Assembly: GCA_030765785.1 (NCBI GenBank)
Contig: JAVCCC010000018.1
Location: 761 to 64,760, forward strand
DNA from: Candidatus Aceula lacicola
Lineage (GTDB): Bacteria; Omnitrophota; Gorgyraeia; Zapsychrales; Aceulaceae
DNA length: 64,000 nucleotides
Reading direction: 5' to 3'
A program made the position numbers and the translations under genes. Below, piece by piece: positions 41,402 through 50,455 of this stretch (within the stretch, counting starts at the first letter, position 1; each line of letters starts with the position of its first letter). The notes under the pieces were generated by a model. That model saw only the letters and a list, made by a program, of their open reading frames with translations, was not told the DNA's origin and did no database searches.

Positions 41402-41656
41402 TTGGCTAAATTAATAATCGATCAGATAGAGTATGAAATCCTCGACGGAGAATCAATTTCGGAGATTTGTCAGCAGGCGGGTGTCCGTTTTGATTGTAAT
41501 ACAGGTGTTTGTGGATCGTGTCATATTAAAATTTTAGAAGGCGCTGAGAATTTAAGCGAGTTAACGCAAGAAGAAACAGATCTTGGAATGGATCAGGATA
41601 ATCGCCTGGCTTGCCAGTGTCATATTAAAACAGGTATTGTGAAAATTACATTTTAA
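41402..41656 (+). CDS. [2Fe-2S] ferredoxin
   Basis: CNTGVCGSC...RLACQ. TTG start at 41402 after AAGGAG. Confidence 0.92.
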   Translation: MAKLIIDQIEYEILDGESISEICQQAGVRFDCNTGVCGSCHIKILEGAENLSELTQEETDLGMDQDNRLACQCHIKTGIVKITF

Positions 41657-41657
41657 A

Positions 41658-42614
41658 ATGAACCTATTGTCTTTACAGTCAATATCCGGTGTTACGGTTG
41701 AAGAAAATGCATCTTTTTCTAAATGCACAACGTTTCAACTTGGAGGAAACTGTCCTTTTTTGATTACCTGTTCAGCGGTAGCGCAATTCGAGAACGTTAT
41801 TAAATTCTTAAGAGATAAAAGTATTTCATTTATTGTTATTGGCGAAGGGTCAAACCTTGTTGTTTCCGATAGCGGCGTTAAGAATGTTATTGTTCGCTTT
41901 GTTTCTAAAGAGCCAGATATTCAGCTTAATGGTTGCAAGATTACAGCACCATCGGGTACAAGTTTAGATGAAGTTGTTTTATTTGCAGCTCAAAATGGAC
42001 TTAAAGGTCTTAATTTTGCAAGTGGAATTCCTGGCACGGTTGGTGGTGCGGTTTGCGGTAACGCCGGAGCGTTTGGTCAGCAAATAAGCGATAGCTTGTT
42101 TTATATAAAACTTTTGGGACCAACTGGAAAAATACGCATTGTTGAGCCTGAAGCTTTAAATTTTAATTATCGAGATTCAAATATCGCTCAAAACGGTGAT
42201 ATTATTTTGTCGGTGACATTTGCTCTTCTCCCTGAAGATCCAGATGCCCTTTTGTATGAGCGAAAGAATATTTTAAAGGAACGTAAAGAAAAACATCCTG
42301 ATTACAAAAAGATACCTTGTGCAGGAAGTTTTTTTAAGAATATTGAAAGTGAAGACGGACGCAAAGCGGCCGGAGCTCTTTTAGATCAGGCAGGGGCAAA
42401 AGAGATGATGGTTGGTGGTGCGGCGGTTTTTGAAAAGCATGCCAATATCATTGTTAAAAAAAGTAAAGATTGTTCTTCTCAGGACATTTTTGATTTGTCA
42501 CAGAAAATGGCTGAATCCGTAGAAAAAAAGTTTGGTATTGAGCTTCAGCGAGAGGTTTTGTTTGTCGGCGAGTTTAAAGATGGAAAGAATCAACTTAATC
42601 GTTGTATCTGGTAG
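41658..42614 (+). CDS. murB: UDP-N-acetylenolpyruvoylglucosamine reductase
   Basis: GEGSNL, GIPGTVGGA..NAGA, YRDS, AGSFFKN, KHAN. Confidence 0.96.
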   Translation: MNLLSLQSISGVTVEENASFSKCTTFQLGGNCPFLITCSAVAQFENVIKFLRDKSISFIVIGEGSNLVVSDSGVKNVIVRFVSKEPDIQLNGCKITAPSGTSLDEVVLFAAQNGLKGLNFASGIPGTVGGAVCGNAGAFGQQISDSLFYIKLLGPTGKIRIVEPEALNFNYRDSNIAQNGDIILSVTFALLPEDPDALLYERKNILKERKEKHPDYKKIPCAGSFFKNIESEDGRKAAGALLDQAGAKEMMVGGAAVFEKHANIIVKKSKDCSSQDIFDLSQKMAESVEKKFGIELQREVLFVGEFKDGKNQLNRCIW

Positions 42615-43649
42615 CTACCCACCAATTCGATACATTTCAATCTTATTTCGGTTTTTATTGTTAGCGCAAAAACGCATCTCAGAGTACTGATCTTCTCTTT
42701 TATTCCAAATATTCTGAAGGACTTTAAAGAGTTCAGCATTATTTTTGTGCAGATGTTTTTTAAGGTCAAATGCATTTTCAGCAAAAAGGCAAGTATAAAG
42801 TTCTCCACCCGATGAGAGTCTTAGGCGATTACAGTCTTGGCAAAAGGGCTGACTAATCGATGAGATAAACCCAATTTCCCCTTTTCCATTTTTGTAAGCA
42901 TAGCGTCTAGCAACTTCTCCTCGATAGTTTTGTTCCAGAGGTGCAACTGGAAAGGTTTCATGAATTTTTCTTAGAATGTTGATTGAAGAGATGACGTCTT
43001 TTTCTGACCAATTGTTTTCAGTCCCAACATCCATGTATTCGATAAAGCGAACAATGTGTTTTGTATTTCTAAAATATCTTACAATAGGAATAATTTCTGA
43101 TTCATTCATCCCTTTTTTAACTAGAACATTAATTTTTAGTGAAGAAAATCCAGCTTGTTCACAGGAGGTGATACCGCTAAGTACGTTTTGCGGTGATCCA
43201 AATCCACCGGTCATTTTTTTGTAAATTTTTTCATCAAGTGAGTTTAAGCTAACGGTAATGCGGTCAAGACCACTCTTTTTAAGTTGAATCGCCTGGTCGG
43301 AAAGCAGATAGCCATTTGTGGTTAATGCCAGATCTTCAATTCCCAAAGCTTTAAGTTGTTTGATTAAAAAAGAAAGATTTTTGTAAAGGAGCGGCTCTCC
43401 TCCTGTCAGGCGAATTTTTTTGACACCCAGATCGATAAGGATTTTTGAAATTCGAAGAATTTCATCAAAGCTAATAAGCTGTTTTTTTTTGCCGAGACTT
43501 TGAGATTGTTTTGTTGGCTTACAATGAGGGCAAGAGAAATTGCACTGATCTGTTAGTGATATGCGTACATCATGAAGCGGTCGATTTAACTGATCAATAC
43601 AATGAGTTTCTGTTGCAGAAAAATTTAAGGGCATTTGAAGCGTTGGCAT
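42615..43649 (-). CDS. moaA: GTP 3',8-cyclase
   Basis: RISLTDQCNFSCPHC, PFCQDCNRLR...C, C-terminal IGG. Confidence 0.96.
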   Translation of the reverse strand: MPTLQMPLNFSATETHCIDQLNRPLHDVRISLTDQCNFSCPHCKPTKQSQSLGKKKQLISFDEILRISKILIDLGVKKIRLTGGEPLLYKNLSFLIKQLKALGIEDLALTTNGYLLSDQAIQLKKSGLDRITVSLNSLDEKIYKKMTGGFGSPQNVLSGITSCEQAGFSSLKINVLVKKGMNESEIIPIVRYFRNTKHIVRFIEYMDVGTENNWSEKDVISSINILRKIHETFPVAPLEQNYRGEVARRYAYKNGKGEIGFISSISQPFCQDCNRLRLSSGGELYTCLFAENAFDLKKHLHKNNAELFKVLQNIWNKREDQYSEMRFCANNKNRNKIEMYRIGG

Positions 43650-43651
43650 TG

Positions 43652-43894
43652 TTATCCTTGTGATTCGACTTTGATATCAGGATTATAGTGTTCTTTTAGA
43701 GCAGCTTCGATAGCCATAAGAGTTCCCATTTTTGCGTGAGGACATCCTCCGCAGGCGCCTTGGTATTCAATGGTTAAAATATTATCGGCGAGGGTGATGA
43801 GCTTAAGATCTCCTCCGTCTTTTTGCATAAAAGGGCGAACAGTGTGATTTAGAATAGCGTTTATTTTTTCGAACTCTGGATTTACTTCTGTCAT
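43652..43894 (-). CDS. NifU C-terminal/NfuA-like Fe-S carrier
   Basis: VRPFMQKDGGD, GACGGCP. Confidence 0.92.
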   Translation of the reverse strand: MTEVNPEFEKINAILNHTVRPFMQKDGGDLKLITLADNILTIEYQGACGGCPHAKMGTLMAIEAALKEHYNPDIKVESQG

Positions 43895-43926
43895 GATGAC
43901 TCCATTGTAAATTGGTTACACTGTAG

Positions 43927-44022
43927 TTCCGATTTGTCCTGCTAGGCCGCAGGACTTATGGAATAAATTCACACAGGCTGACTTGGCGCTTCTTTTAGTC
44001 GCGTAAGTCAGGTGTTCATTTA
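43927..44022 (-). repeat. Two-hairpin dispersed element, copy 2 (opposite orientation, contains the mog stop codon)
   Basis: TAAATGAACACCTGACTT...AAGTCAGCCTGTGTGAATTTATTCC..GTCCTGC-loop-GCAGGAC..GGAA. Confidence 0.85.
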
Positions 44023-44558
44023 TGGTTTGGCCTATAAACTTTGATAACTGTTTCATCGCATTCAAGCGATATGTTTGCAATAACCTCAAGGCAATCAGGA
44101 ATAGCTGGAAAGACAGCTTCTAAGCATTGAGCGATTGACTTAGGATTTCCTGGTAAATTTAAAATCAGTGTCTTATTTCGAACGCCGGCTGTTTGACGTG
44201 ACAAAATTGCCGTCGGTACATATTTTAAGGAAACGCAGCGCATCAATTCACCAAAACCAGGTAACATTTTTTCACAAACAGATTCGGTGGCCTCTGGAGT
44301 TACATCTCTTTTAGCTGGCCCTGTCCCTCCTGTTGTTACGATTAAGCAGCAGTTTTCTTGATCGCTTAATGTAATAATTTGAGATTCGATTTCTTCTTTT
44401 TCATCAGGTGAGACGCGATAAACAGAATCCCATGAATTCTTTAAATAGGCCCCTAGAATCTCTTCGATGGCCTTGCCAGAGACATCTTCGTATTCTCCTT
44501 TAGAAACACGATCTGAAACCGTTAGAATTCCAATTTTGATTTGATCTTTTGAAGTCAT
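44016..44558 (-). CDS. mog: Molybdopterin adenylyltransferase
   Basis: TVSDR, TTGGTGPAKRDVTPEA, LSRQTAG, NLPG. Confidence 0.97.
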   Translation of the reverse strand: MTSKDQIKIGILTVSDRVSKGEYEDVSGKAIEEILGAYLKNSWDSVYRVSPDEKEEIESQIITLSDQENCCLIVTTGGTGPAKRDVTPEATESVCEKMLPGFGELMRCVSLKYVPTAILSRQTAGVRNKTLILNLPGNPKSIAQCLEAVFPAIPDCLEVIANISLECDETVIKVYRPNHK

Positions 44559-44564
44559 TTGAGC

Positions 44565-44744
44565 TTAACCGAGGAGTTTGTCGCCAACGGCCCAATTCTC
44601 ACCGTTAACCTCATCAAAAACAACATAGGTGTGATCTTTTGGTTTGTTTGCAACTTTTTCAAGAGTTTCGGTAAATTCAGCTGCAATTTTCTGTTTTTGT
44701 TCTTTAGTTATTTTTCCAACTAATTTAACATTAATATACGGCAT
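44565..44744 (-). CDS. 4-oxalocrotonate tautomerase family protein, 59 aa
   Basis: Absent from the ORF track. Hand translation is MPYINVKLVGKITKEQKQKIAAEFTETLEKVANKPKDHTYVVFDEVNGENWAVGDKLLG (catalytic Pro1). Confidence 0.92.
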   Translation of the reverse strand: MPYINVKLVGKITKEQKQKIAAEFTETLEKVANKPKDHTYVVFDEVNGENWAVGDKLLG

Positions 44745-44747
44745 AGT

Positions 44748-45335
44748 TTATTCCTTTGATAAAACAAAAATTCCGACGTGGGCAAATAAATTTGGCCAGA
44801 ATGAAATTTCTTGATTACGCGACAAAGCGCGTTTTTTTTCAATTTTAATATCATAATGATCACAGAATCTTTGAAAATCTTTAATGCTTAAGAATTTTAC
44901 GTTTGGCGTGTCATACCATTGATCAGGTAATTCTTTTGTGATCGGAACGTTGCCTCTAAAGCAAACCTGAAAACGACCATTGATGTGGCAGAAGTTTGGG
45001 ATTGCAACAATAACCTTTTTACCCACACGTAAAGATTCGAGAATAACTTTTTTAGGATTTAAGACCTGCTGTAAACTTTCGTAGAGAATAATATAATCAA
45101 ATCGTTTGTTTGAATAATCTAGAAGCTCTGTATCGATGTCGCCGTGAATAACAGTTAAGCCCTTTTCAATGCAGGAATGAACAGCCTTTTCGTCGATTTC
45201 AATGCCAGCACCTCGTATGTTCTTTTTTTCTTTAAGCAGAGACAAAAGATCCCCGTTACCACATCCAAGGTCTAAAACTCTTGCGTCTGGATTAATGAGA
45301 TCAGTGATGATTTTATAGTCTAAACGTCGCGTCAT
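44748..45335 (-). CDS. metW: Methionine biosynthesis protein MetW
   Basis: RVLDLGCGNG, WYDTPN. Follows metX. Confidence 0.95.
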   Translation of the reverse strand: MTRRLDYKIITDLINPDARVLDLGCGNGDLLSLLKEKKNIRGAGIEIDEKAVHSCIEKGLTVIHGDIDTELLDYSNKRFDYIILYESLQQVLNPKKVILESLRVGKKVIVAIPNFCHINGRFQVCFRGNVPITKELPDQWYDTPNVKFLSIKDFQRFCDHYDIKIEKKRALSRNQEISFWPNLFAHVGIFVLSKE

Positions 45336-45336
45336 T

Positions 45337-46458
45337 TTATTTGCTTTCCTTTTTTAGGAAGTTTGTAATTAAATCTGATTGTCCATCGGCTTCAATTAAA
45401 AAAGAATCGTGTCCGTACGAGCTTTTGATTTCGCAACTTGAAACATCCGCATCGTTTATTTTAAGCGCTTTGATCATTGATTTAAGCTGATGCGTTGGAT
45501 ATAGCCAATCCGACGTAAATGTGATTACGAGAAAATTCGCTTTCACATTCTGAAAGACAACGTCTAAACTTTTTTCTTCAGATAGATTAAAATAATCAAG
45601 CGCTTTTGAGATGTAAAGATACGAATTTGGATCGAATCTTTGCACAAAGCTCTCTCCTCGATATTTTAGATAACTTTCGACTTGAAAGTCTTGTGAAAAA
45701 TCAAAACCAACGCGTTCTTTATCGATCAACTGACGTCCAAATTTTTTATCCATAGATTCATCGCTCATATATGTGATGTGTCCAACCATGCGCGCAAGTC
45801 CAATCCCTGTTGATGGAGGTTTTTTATCATAATAATCTCCATTGTTCCAATTCGGATCGGTCATGATCGCTTGACGGCCTACTTCATGAAAAGCAATCTG
45901 TTGCGCGGTATGTCCTGTATTTGTGGCAATCACAATCGCTGAATTAACAGAGTCTGGATAAAGAACAGACCATTTTAAGGCTTGCATCCCTCCCATAGAC
46001 CCACCAGCAACAGCGTGTAGTTTTTTGATGCCTAGACGATCAATAAGAGCCTTTTGCACAACAACCATGTCTTTGATTGTGACAACGGGAAAGCTTAAGC
46101 CATATGGTTTTTTTGTTTCTGGATTAATAGAGGACGGGCCTGTTGTTCCTTTACACCCGCCTAGAACATTCGATGAAATAATAAAATATTTATTTGTATC
46201 AAACGCTTTGCCAGGACCAATCATATTGTCCCACCACCCTGGTTTTTTATCGCCTTTATGCAGGCCTGCAGCATGAGCATCGCCAGACAGAGCGTGGCAA
46301 ATTAAGATCGCATTTGATTTATCGCTATTTAGCGTTCCGTACGTTTCGTAAGCAATCGTAATCGGTCCAAGCTTTAGTCCGCTTTTAAGCGTTAAGCTGT
46401 TTGGCCGCTCAAAACATGTGATTTGTTGAGTTTCAACTATTCCTAAATTTTTTGTCAT
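45337..46458 (-). CDS. metX: Homoserine O-acyltransferase
   Basis: [22 protein letters not shown]. Confidence 0.97.
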   Translation of the reverse strand: MTKNLGIVETQQITCFERPNSLTLKSGLKLGPITIAYETYGTLNSDKSNAILICHALSGDAHAAGLHKGDKKPGWWDNMIGPGKAFDTNKYFIISSNVLGGCKGTTGPSSINPETKKPYGLSFPVVTIKDMVVVQKALIDRLGIKKLHAVAGGSMGGMQALKWSVLYPDSVNSAIVIATNTGHTAQQIAFHEVGRQAIMTDPNWNNGDYYDKKPPSTGIGLARMVGHITYMSDESMDKKFGRQLIDKERVGFDFSQDFQVESYLKYRGESFVQRFDPNSYLYISKALDYFNLSEEKSLDVVFQNVKANFLVITFTSDWLYPTHQLKSMIKALKINDADVSSCEIKSSYGHDSFLIEADGQSDLITNFLKKESK

Positions 46459-46542
46459 AAATAAGCACCTAACTTATGGAGCACAGCGAACGTAAGTTAG
46501 CTGTGCGCATTTATCCCAGGGAGCGTTAGCGACCGCGGGAAT
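46458..46542 (+). repeat. Two-hairpin dispersed element, copy 3 (metX leader)
   Basis: TAAATAAGCACCTAACTTATGGAGCACAGCGAACGTAAGTTAGCTGTGCGCATTTATCCCAGGGAGCGTTAGCGACCGCGGGAAT. Confidence 0.9.
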
Positions 46543-46561
46543 TTTTTAATTTAACTTCAAA

Positions 46562-46590
46562 AGTTTAGCACAGCCAATAATAGGTGTCAA
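46562..46590 (-). promoter_or_regulatory. Sigma70 promoter of metXW
   Basis: TTGACA-17-TAAACT with extended TG. Confidence 0.72.
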
Positions 46591-46606
46591 CTTGTCTAAA
46601 ATAGGC

Positions 46607-47914
46607 CTAAATAACCAAATCTCCCTTTAATCCAAAGGCCGATGCGCTCTTTATTTTGACATTTACAAATTGTTTTGGTGCGCAATCTTTGGCCTTAAAC
46701 GATACCGTCTTGTTGGTTTTGGTTCGGCCACAGAAATTTCCGGCTTCCTTCTTTCTATCAATGAATTCAATTAAGACTTCTTGGGTTGTTCCAATTAATT
46801 TTTGGTTATTTTCATGCGAAATTTCTTTTTGCAGTTCATTGAGCTTCACAATGCGTTCTGTTTTCTTGTCTGGGCTCACATCATCTTTGTATTTTTTGGT
46901 CGCAACGGTTCCCGAGCGAGGTGAATATTTAAAAATAAAGGCGGCATCAAATCGAGTTTTTTTAACCACATCGACTGTATCTTTAAAATCTTTTTCAGTT
47001 TCGCTTGGAAATCCAACGATAATGTCGGTTGTAATGGCGATGCCAGGACATGCTGCCCGTATCTTTTCAGCAAGTTTAAGATATCCTTGTTTTGTATACG
47101 TGCGGTTCATTTTTTTTAAGATGCGGCTGCTGCCAGCCTGAAGCGGAAGGTGAACGTGTTTTATACTCTTGGGATTGTTGGCAATAACTTTGATAAGTTT
47201 ATCTGGGAAATCTTTCGGGTGCGGTGACATAAAATGAATACGCTTGATTCCATTGATCTTACTAATTTCATTGATAAGATCTGGAAAATCTTTTTTGCCG
47301 TCTTTGTACGAATTGACATTTTGTCCTAAAAGAGTAACTTGAGGGTAACCTTCTTTTGCTAATTTTTTAATTTCTTTAACAATGCCGTTAAAATCCCGAC
47401 TTCGTTCACGACCGCGAACATAAGGCACAATGCAGTAGGTACAGAAATTATTGCACCCTCGTGATATGGCAACCCAGGCGTTGATGCCGTCTTCTCGTGT
47501 TGGATAGATATCCGAATAGGTTTCGGTATCAGATAGCGCATAATCAAATGTTTTTAATTTTGTCTTTTGTACTTCTTCGATAAGGTTGGGAAGTTTTTTG
47601 TAGCTGTCAGGCCCAGCGATAAAGTCAACGCCAAGATTTTTTGTGGTCAGGAGTTCTTCTTTTTTGTCTGCCGCCATGCATCCTAAAATGCCGATTAAAA
47701 CAGGTTTACCCTTAAGATCGTGGCGAATTTTATGGATTAGGCCTATAATTTTTCGATTAGCATTCTCGCGAACCGAACACGTATTCAACATAATGATGTC
47801 AGCGTTCGATTCGTTTTCGACAAATCTAAATTTCTTTTTAAGAAGAATCGACCGAACGAGTTCGGAATCATATTCGTTCATTTGGCACCCATAGGTTCGC
47901 AAGTATATTTTCAC
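46607..47914 (-). CDS. miaB: tRNA-2-methylthio-N6-dimethylallyladenosine synthase
   Basis: TYGCQMNEYDS, NTCSVRE, GCNNFCTYCIVP, C-terminal TRAM domain. GTG start. Confidence 0.97.
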   Translation of the reverse strand: MKIYLRTYGCQMNEYDSELVRSILLKKKFRFVENESNADIIMLNTCSVRENANRKIIGLIHKIRHDLKGKPVLIGILGCMAADKKEELLTTKNLGVDFIAGPDSYKKLPNLIEEVQKTKLKTFDYALSDTETYSDIYPTREDGINAWVAISRGCNNFCTYCIVPYVRGRERSRDFNGIVKEIKKLAKEGYPQVTLLGQNVNSYKDGKKDFPDLINEISKINGIKRIHFMSPHPKDFPDKLIKVIANNPKSIKHVHLPLQAGSSRILKKMNRTYTKQGYLKLAEKIRAACPGIAITTDIIVGFPSETEKDFKDTVDVVKKTRFDAAFIFKYSPRSGTVATKKYKDDVSPDKKTERIVKLNELQKEISHENNQKLIGTTQEVLIEFIDRKKEAGNFCGRTKTNKTVSFKAKDCAPKQFVNVKIKSASAFGLKGDLVI

Positions 47915-47931
47915 AAAGCGAACCTAGTCAT
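47911..47931 (-). other. Putative 6-codon uORF (MTRFAL) whose TGA overlaps the miaB GTG
   Basis: AGGAG-5 nt-ATG ACT AGG TTC GCT TTG TGA. Confidence 0.45.
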
Positions 47932-47936
47932 GGGTG

Positions 47937-48004
47937 CTCCTGTGTTTATCCCCGCTGCTTCGCTTCGCTTTGCAAAGCAAAGCAAAGCGACGGGGATACG
48001 GAGA
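47937..48004 (+). repeat. Long nested palindrome with GCTTY/AAAGC pentamer arms
   Basis: CTCCTGT.TTTATCCCCG-CTGCTTCGCTTCGCTTTGCAAAGCAAAGCAAAGCGA-CGGGGATACGGGAG. The inner part resembles 62547-62597. Confidence 0.85.
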
Positions 48005-48030
48005 TAATTTATTATTTTCATATATTATTT

Positions 48031-48318
48031 TCACATATTCTTTTTATTTTGATAAGTTTTTATTAATTTCTTTTTCTGTGTTCTTGTTATTTTTTTTAAT
48101 CTTCTTTCAGCGTTTAGCGCATTCTTGTAATATCGATATTCCTTAGCATAAACTAATTTAATAGGTCCTTTTCCTCTTAAATATTTAGCACCATGCCCTT
48201 TTTCGTGTAATTTAATTCGATTTTCTATATTGCTTGTGTATCCAGTGTAGTAATATTCATTTTTGCATTCAACGATATACACATAGTATAATCCTATTCG
48301 TTTAGGCGATTTATTCAT
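48031..48318 (-). CDS. Stand-alone GIY-YIG nuclease (UPF0213/YhbQ-like)
   Basis: YYVYIVEC...YYTGYT.....R...H..G.GAKY.RG, ALNAE..LK. Confidence 0.93.
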   Translation of the reverse strand: MNKSPKRIGLYYVYIVECKNEYYYTGYTSNIENRIKLHEKGHGAKYLRGKGPIKLVYAKEYRYYKNALNAERRLKKITRTQKKKLIKTYQNKKNM

Positions 48319-48360
48319 TTATTGATTTTCTTCCAAGCGTGAAGCGCGAAAAGCGAGCGT

Positions 48361-48379
48361 GGCCAGCCGTAGGTTCGAA
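48361..48379 (+). repeat. 19-bp imperfect direct repeat A1
   Basis: GGCCAGCCGTAGGTTCGAA, 16/19 identical to 49720-49738. Confidence 0.65.
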
Positions 48380-48444
48380 TATGTACAATTTTATTTTTCA
48401 TTGCTTTTTTGATTTTAATTTGACAATTTTACTAAAATTAAGAA

Positions 48445-49608
48445 TTATTTTATATTTTTCTTTAAAAAAAATGTATACCGAATGGCGTCAACTGGACAGA
48501 CATTTAAGCATCGAGCACAGCTAAAACAATCTGCGGGCATTTTTTTGCCTTTAACTCGGTCTTCTGCAGCTTTTAAAGGGCACGCCTTTATGCAGGCACC
48601 GCATTGGGTGCATTTTTCTTTGTCAATTTTAACACGAAAGATGCTGAATTTTTCAGCTATCCAGGAAATTAAACCAAAAGGACAGATAAGCTGGCAAAAT
48701 GGACGGTAAAAAACAAGTGATACTAGCAAGGTAATGATGACTGTCAGAAGAAGACTTAATGTTTCGAAATCAAGATTAAATAGATTAAAAGGGTTAACAT
48801 AGTGATAGATTACAAATCCTTTGCGTCCTCCAATAATCCCAAACAGAAAAAGAAATGTGGTTATAAAAAGGCATGCACGGATTGTGTTTGTGAGCACAAA
48901 AGGAAGTTTTTTTTCTTTGATTTTTCGCAAAATTGGCATGCTGTAGATAAGTTCTTGTAAAGCGCCAAAAGGACACGCCCAGCCACAGATAATTTTATTT
49001 CCAACAATGGCTAATATAATAAAGAATACAAAGGCGACTATTTTGACCATAGGGTCAGGATAAAGTCCAATCATGGATTTGAAGACCTTCACAATACTTT
49101 CCATTGGGTTAGGTGATTTACCGAGGAGAAATCCAGCTATTGCTACAGAAAGCAAGAGAGAAATAATGTATGGAGTGCGGGGATACCAATCATGGCGGTT
49201 TTTAATATCTGATCCATCTGGACGTCCCAGTCTTACAAGAAACACAAGCCCCCACGCAAACAATGCGATATAAACATAATATTTGAGCATAGAATCACGA
49301 TGAGATAGCAGATGTTCAACGCTATGCTGAAGGGTCTCTTCGGTGATTCCCATCGAACTAAGAGATTTTTTTTTGGGAGCATCGAGCTGCAGATCTAATT
49401 CGCGAGCAAGAGCTTTGCCTGTAACTTCGAGTTTTGGGGCAATATCCTGAATAGACATATTAATATTGAAATTAGCCGTCTTTTCTAATTCGCTTGGTGA
49501 GTTCGACAAAACTCCAAAGGATATGACCGCAAACATTCCCACAACAGTCGTAAGCAGCCAAATTTGTTGTTTGAAAGAAATCTGTGAGAGCCAGGACGTA
49601 GTTTTCAT
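48445..49608 (-). CDS. Membrane 4Fe-4S binding protein (NapH/MauN-like)
   Basis: CGWACPFG and FCQLICPFG in the TM region. Two C-terminal CxxCxxCxxxCP motifs. Confidence 0.88.
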   Translation of the reverse strand: MKTTSWLSQISFKQQIWLLTTVVGMFAVISFGVLSNSPSELEKTANFNINMSIQDIAPKLEVTGKALARELDLQLDAPKKKSLSSMGITEETLQHSVEHLLSHRDSMLKYYVYIALFAWGLVFLVRLGRPDGSDIKNRHDWYPRTPYIISLLLSVAIAGFLLGKSPNPMESIVKVFKSMIGLYPDPMVKIVAFVFFIILAIVGNKIICGWACPFGALQELIYSMPILRKIKEKKLPFVLTNTIRACLFITTFLFLFGIIGGRKGFVIYHYVNPFNLFNLDFETLSLLLTVIITLLVSLVFYRPFCQLICPFGLISWIAEKFSIFRVKIDKEKCTQCGACIKACPLKAAEDRVKGKKMPADCFSCARCLNVCPVDAIRYTFFLKKNIK

Positions 49609-49719
49609 TTTTTCCCCATAATAAGTTAATGCATCAATGTTTTCAGAAACTTTTTTTCTGAAATTGTTACCAAATTTTATTTAAATAATTTGTCAATATC
49701 GTACAATACTGCATCCATC

Positions 49720-49738
49720 GGCCAGCCAAAAGTTCGAA
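49720..49738 (+). repeat. 19-bp imperfect direct repeat A2
   Basis: GGCCAGCCAAAAGTTCGAA. Confidence 0.65.
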
Positions 49739-49774
49739 GAAAAATATTTCCCATCTAACCATTCCTTTTTTGCC

Positions 49775-50419
49775 TTATAAAATCATTTTAAAGACAATCC
49801 TTGAACCTAAAACAATTAAAATTAATCCGCACAACACCTTTATCATCATTTTTATTTTTTTGTTTTGTGACAAGAGGCTTGATGCTTTTGCTGAAAACAT
49901 CATTAAGATAACAAGAGGAGAAATGACAGTCCCAAAACCAAAGACAAAAGAAAAAATAATCGCATCTAAAGGCGTGCGTGAAACAACCACAATATAATTT
50001 AAAATTCCTAACAGAGGAGGGCATGGAGAAAAACCAACGAGCAATCCAAAGAGTCCTACATTTTTGACATGCCCTTGATGCAACCGCGAACAGAGCATAG
50101 ACAGCCTTGCGCCTTTATCGAAAATCGTTGCGACTCCAAGCAAAACAATAAAACAGCCTAAGAAAAGATATATGGATTGTGAGTATCTTTGAAGGACTGG
50201 ATCTTGTAACGCTTTTGTGCCAAAGGCACAAATTAATCCTAAAATGACATAGCTGAAAAGCTTTGAAACGGAAAAGGTCAAATAAGATAAAAATGATTCT
50301 CTAAGAGATTTTTTATGGGCGGCAGCATAGCTTATCAACAATGGACCGCAAAAACTAAGGCAAGGACCTGACCCAAGAATAATTCCAGTAAGAAATAAAT
50401 AATATAGATTTTCTTTCAT
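49775..50419 (-). CDS. DsbD_2/TauE-like (UreH-like) membrane protein
   Basis: CLSFCGP and GFSPCPP within about 6 TMs, FGFGT. Confidence 0.75.
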   Translation of the reverse strand: MKENLYYLFLTGIILGSGPCLSFCGPLLISYAAAHKKSLRESFLSYLTFSVSKLFSYVILGLICAFGTKALQDPVLQRYSQSIYLFLGCFIVLLGVATIFDKGARLSMLCSRLHQGHVKNVGLFGLLVGFSPCPPLLGILNYIVVVSRTPLDAIIFSFVFGFGTVISPLVILMMFSAKASSLLSQNKKIKMMIKVLCGLILIVLGSRIVFKMIL

Positions 50420-50455
50420 GTTCTGTGTAGGATAATATACGCTATAAAGGAAAAA

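Noticed and set aside
48335-48385. tRNA-like GGTTCGAAT T-loop
   Set aside because: No T-stem closure, acceptor stem or D-arm can be built.
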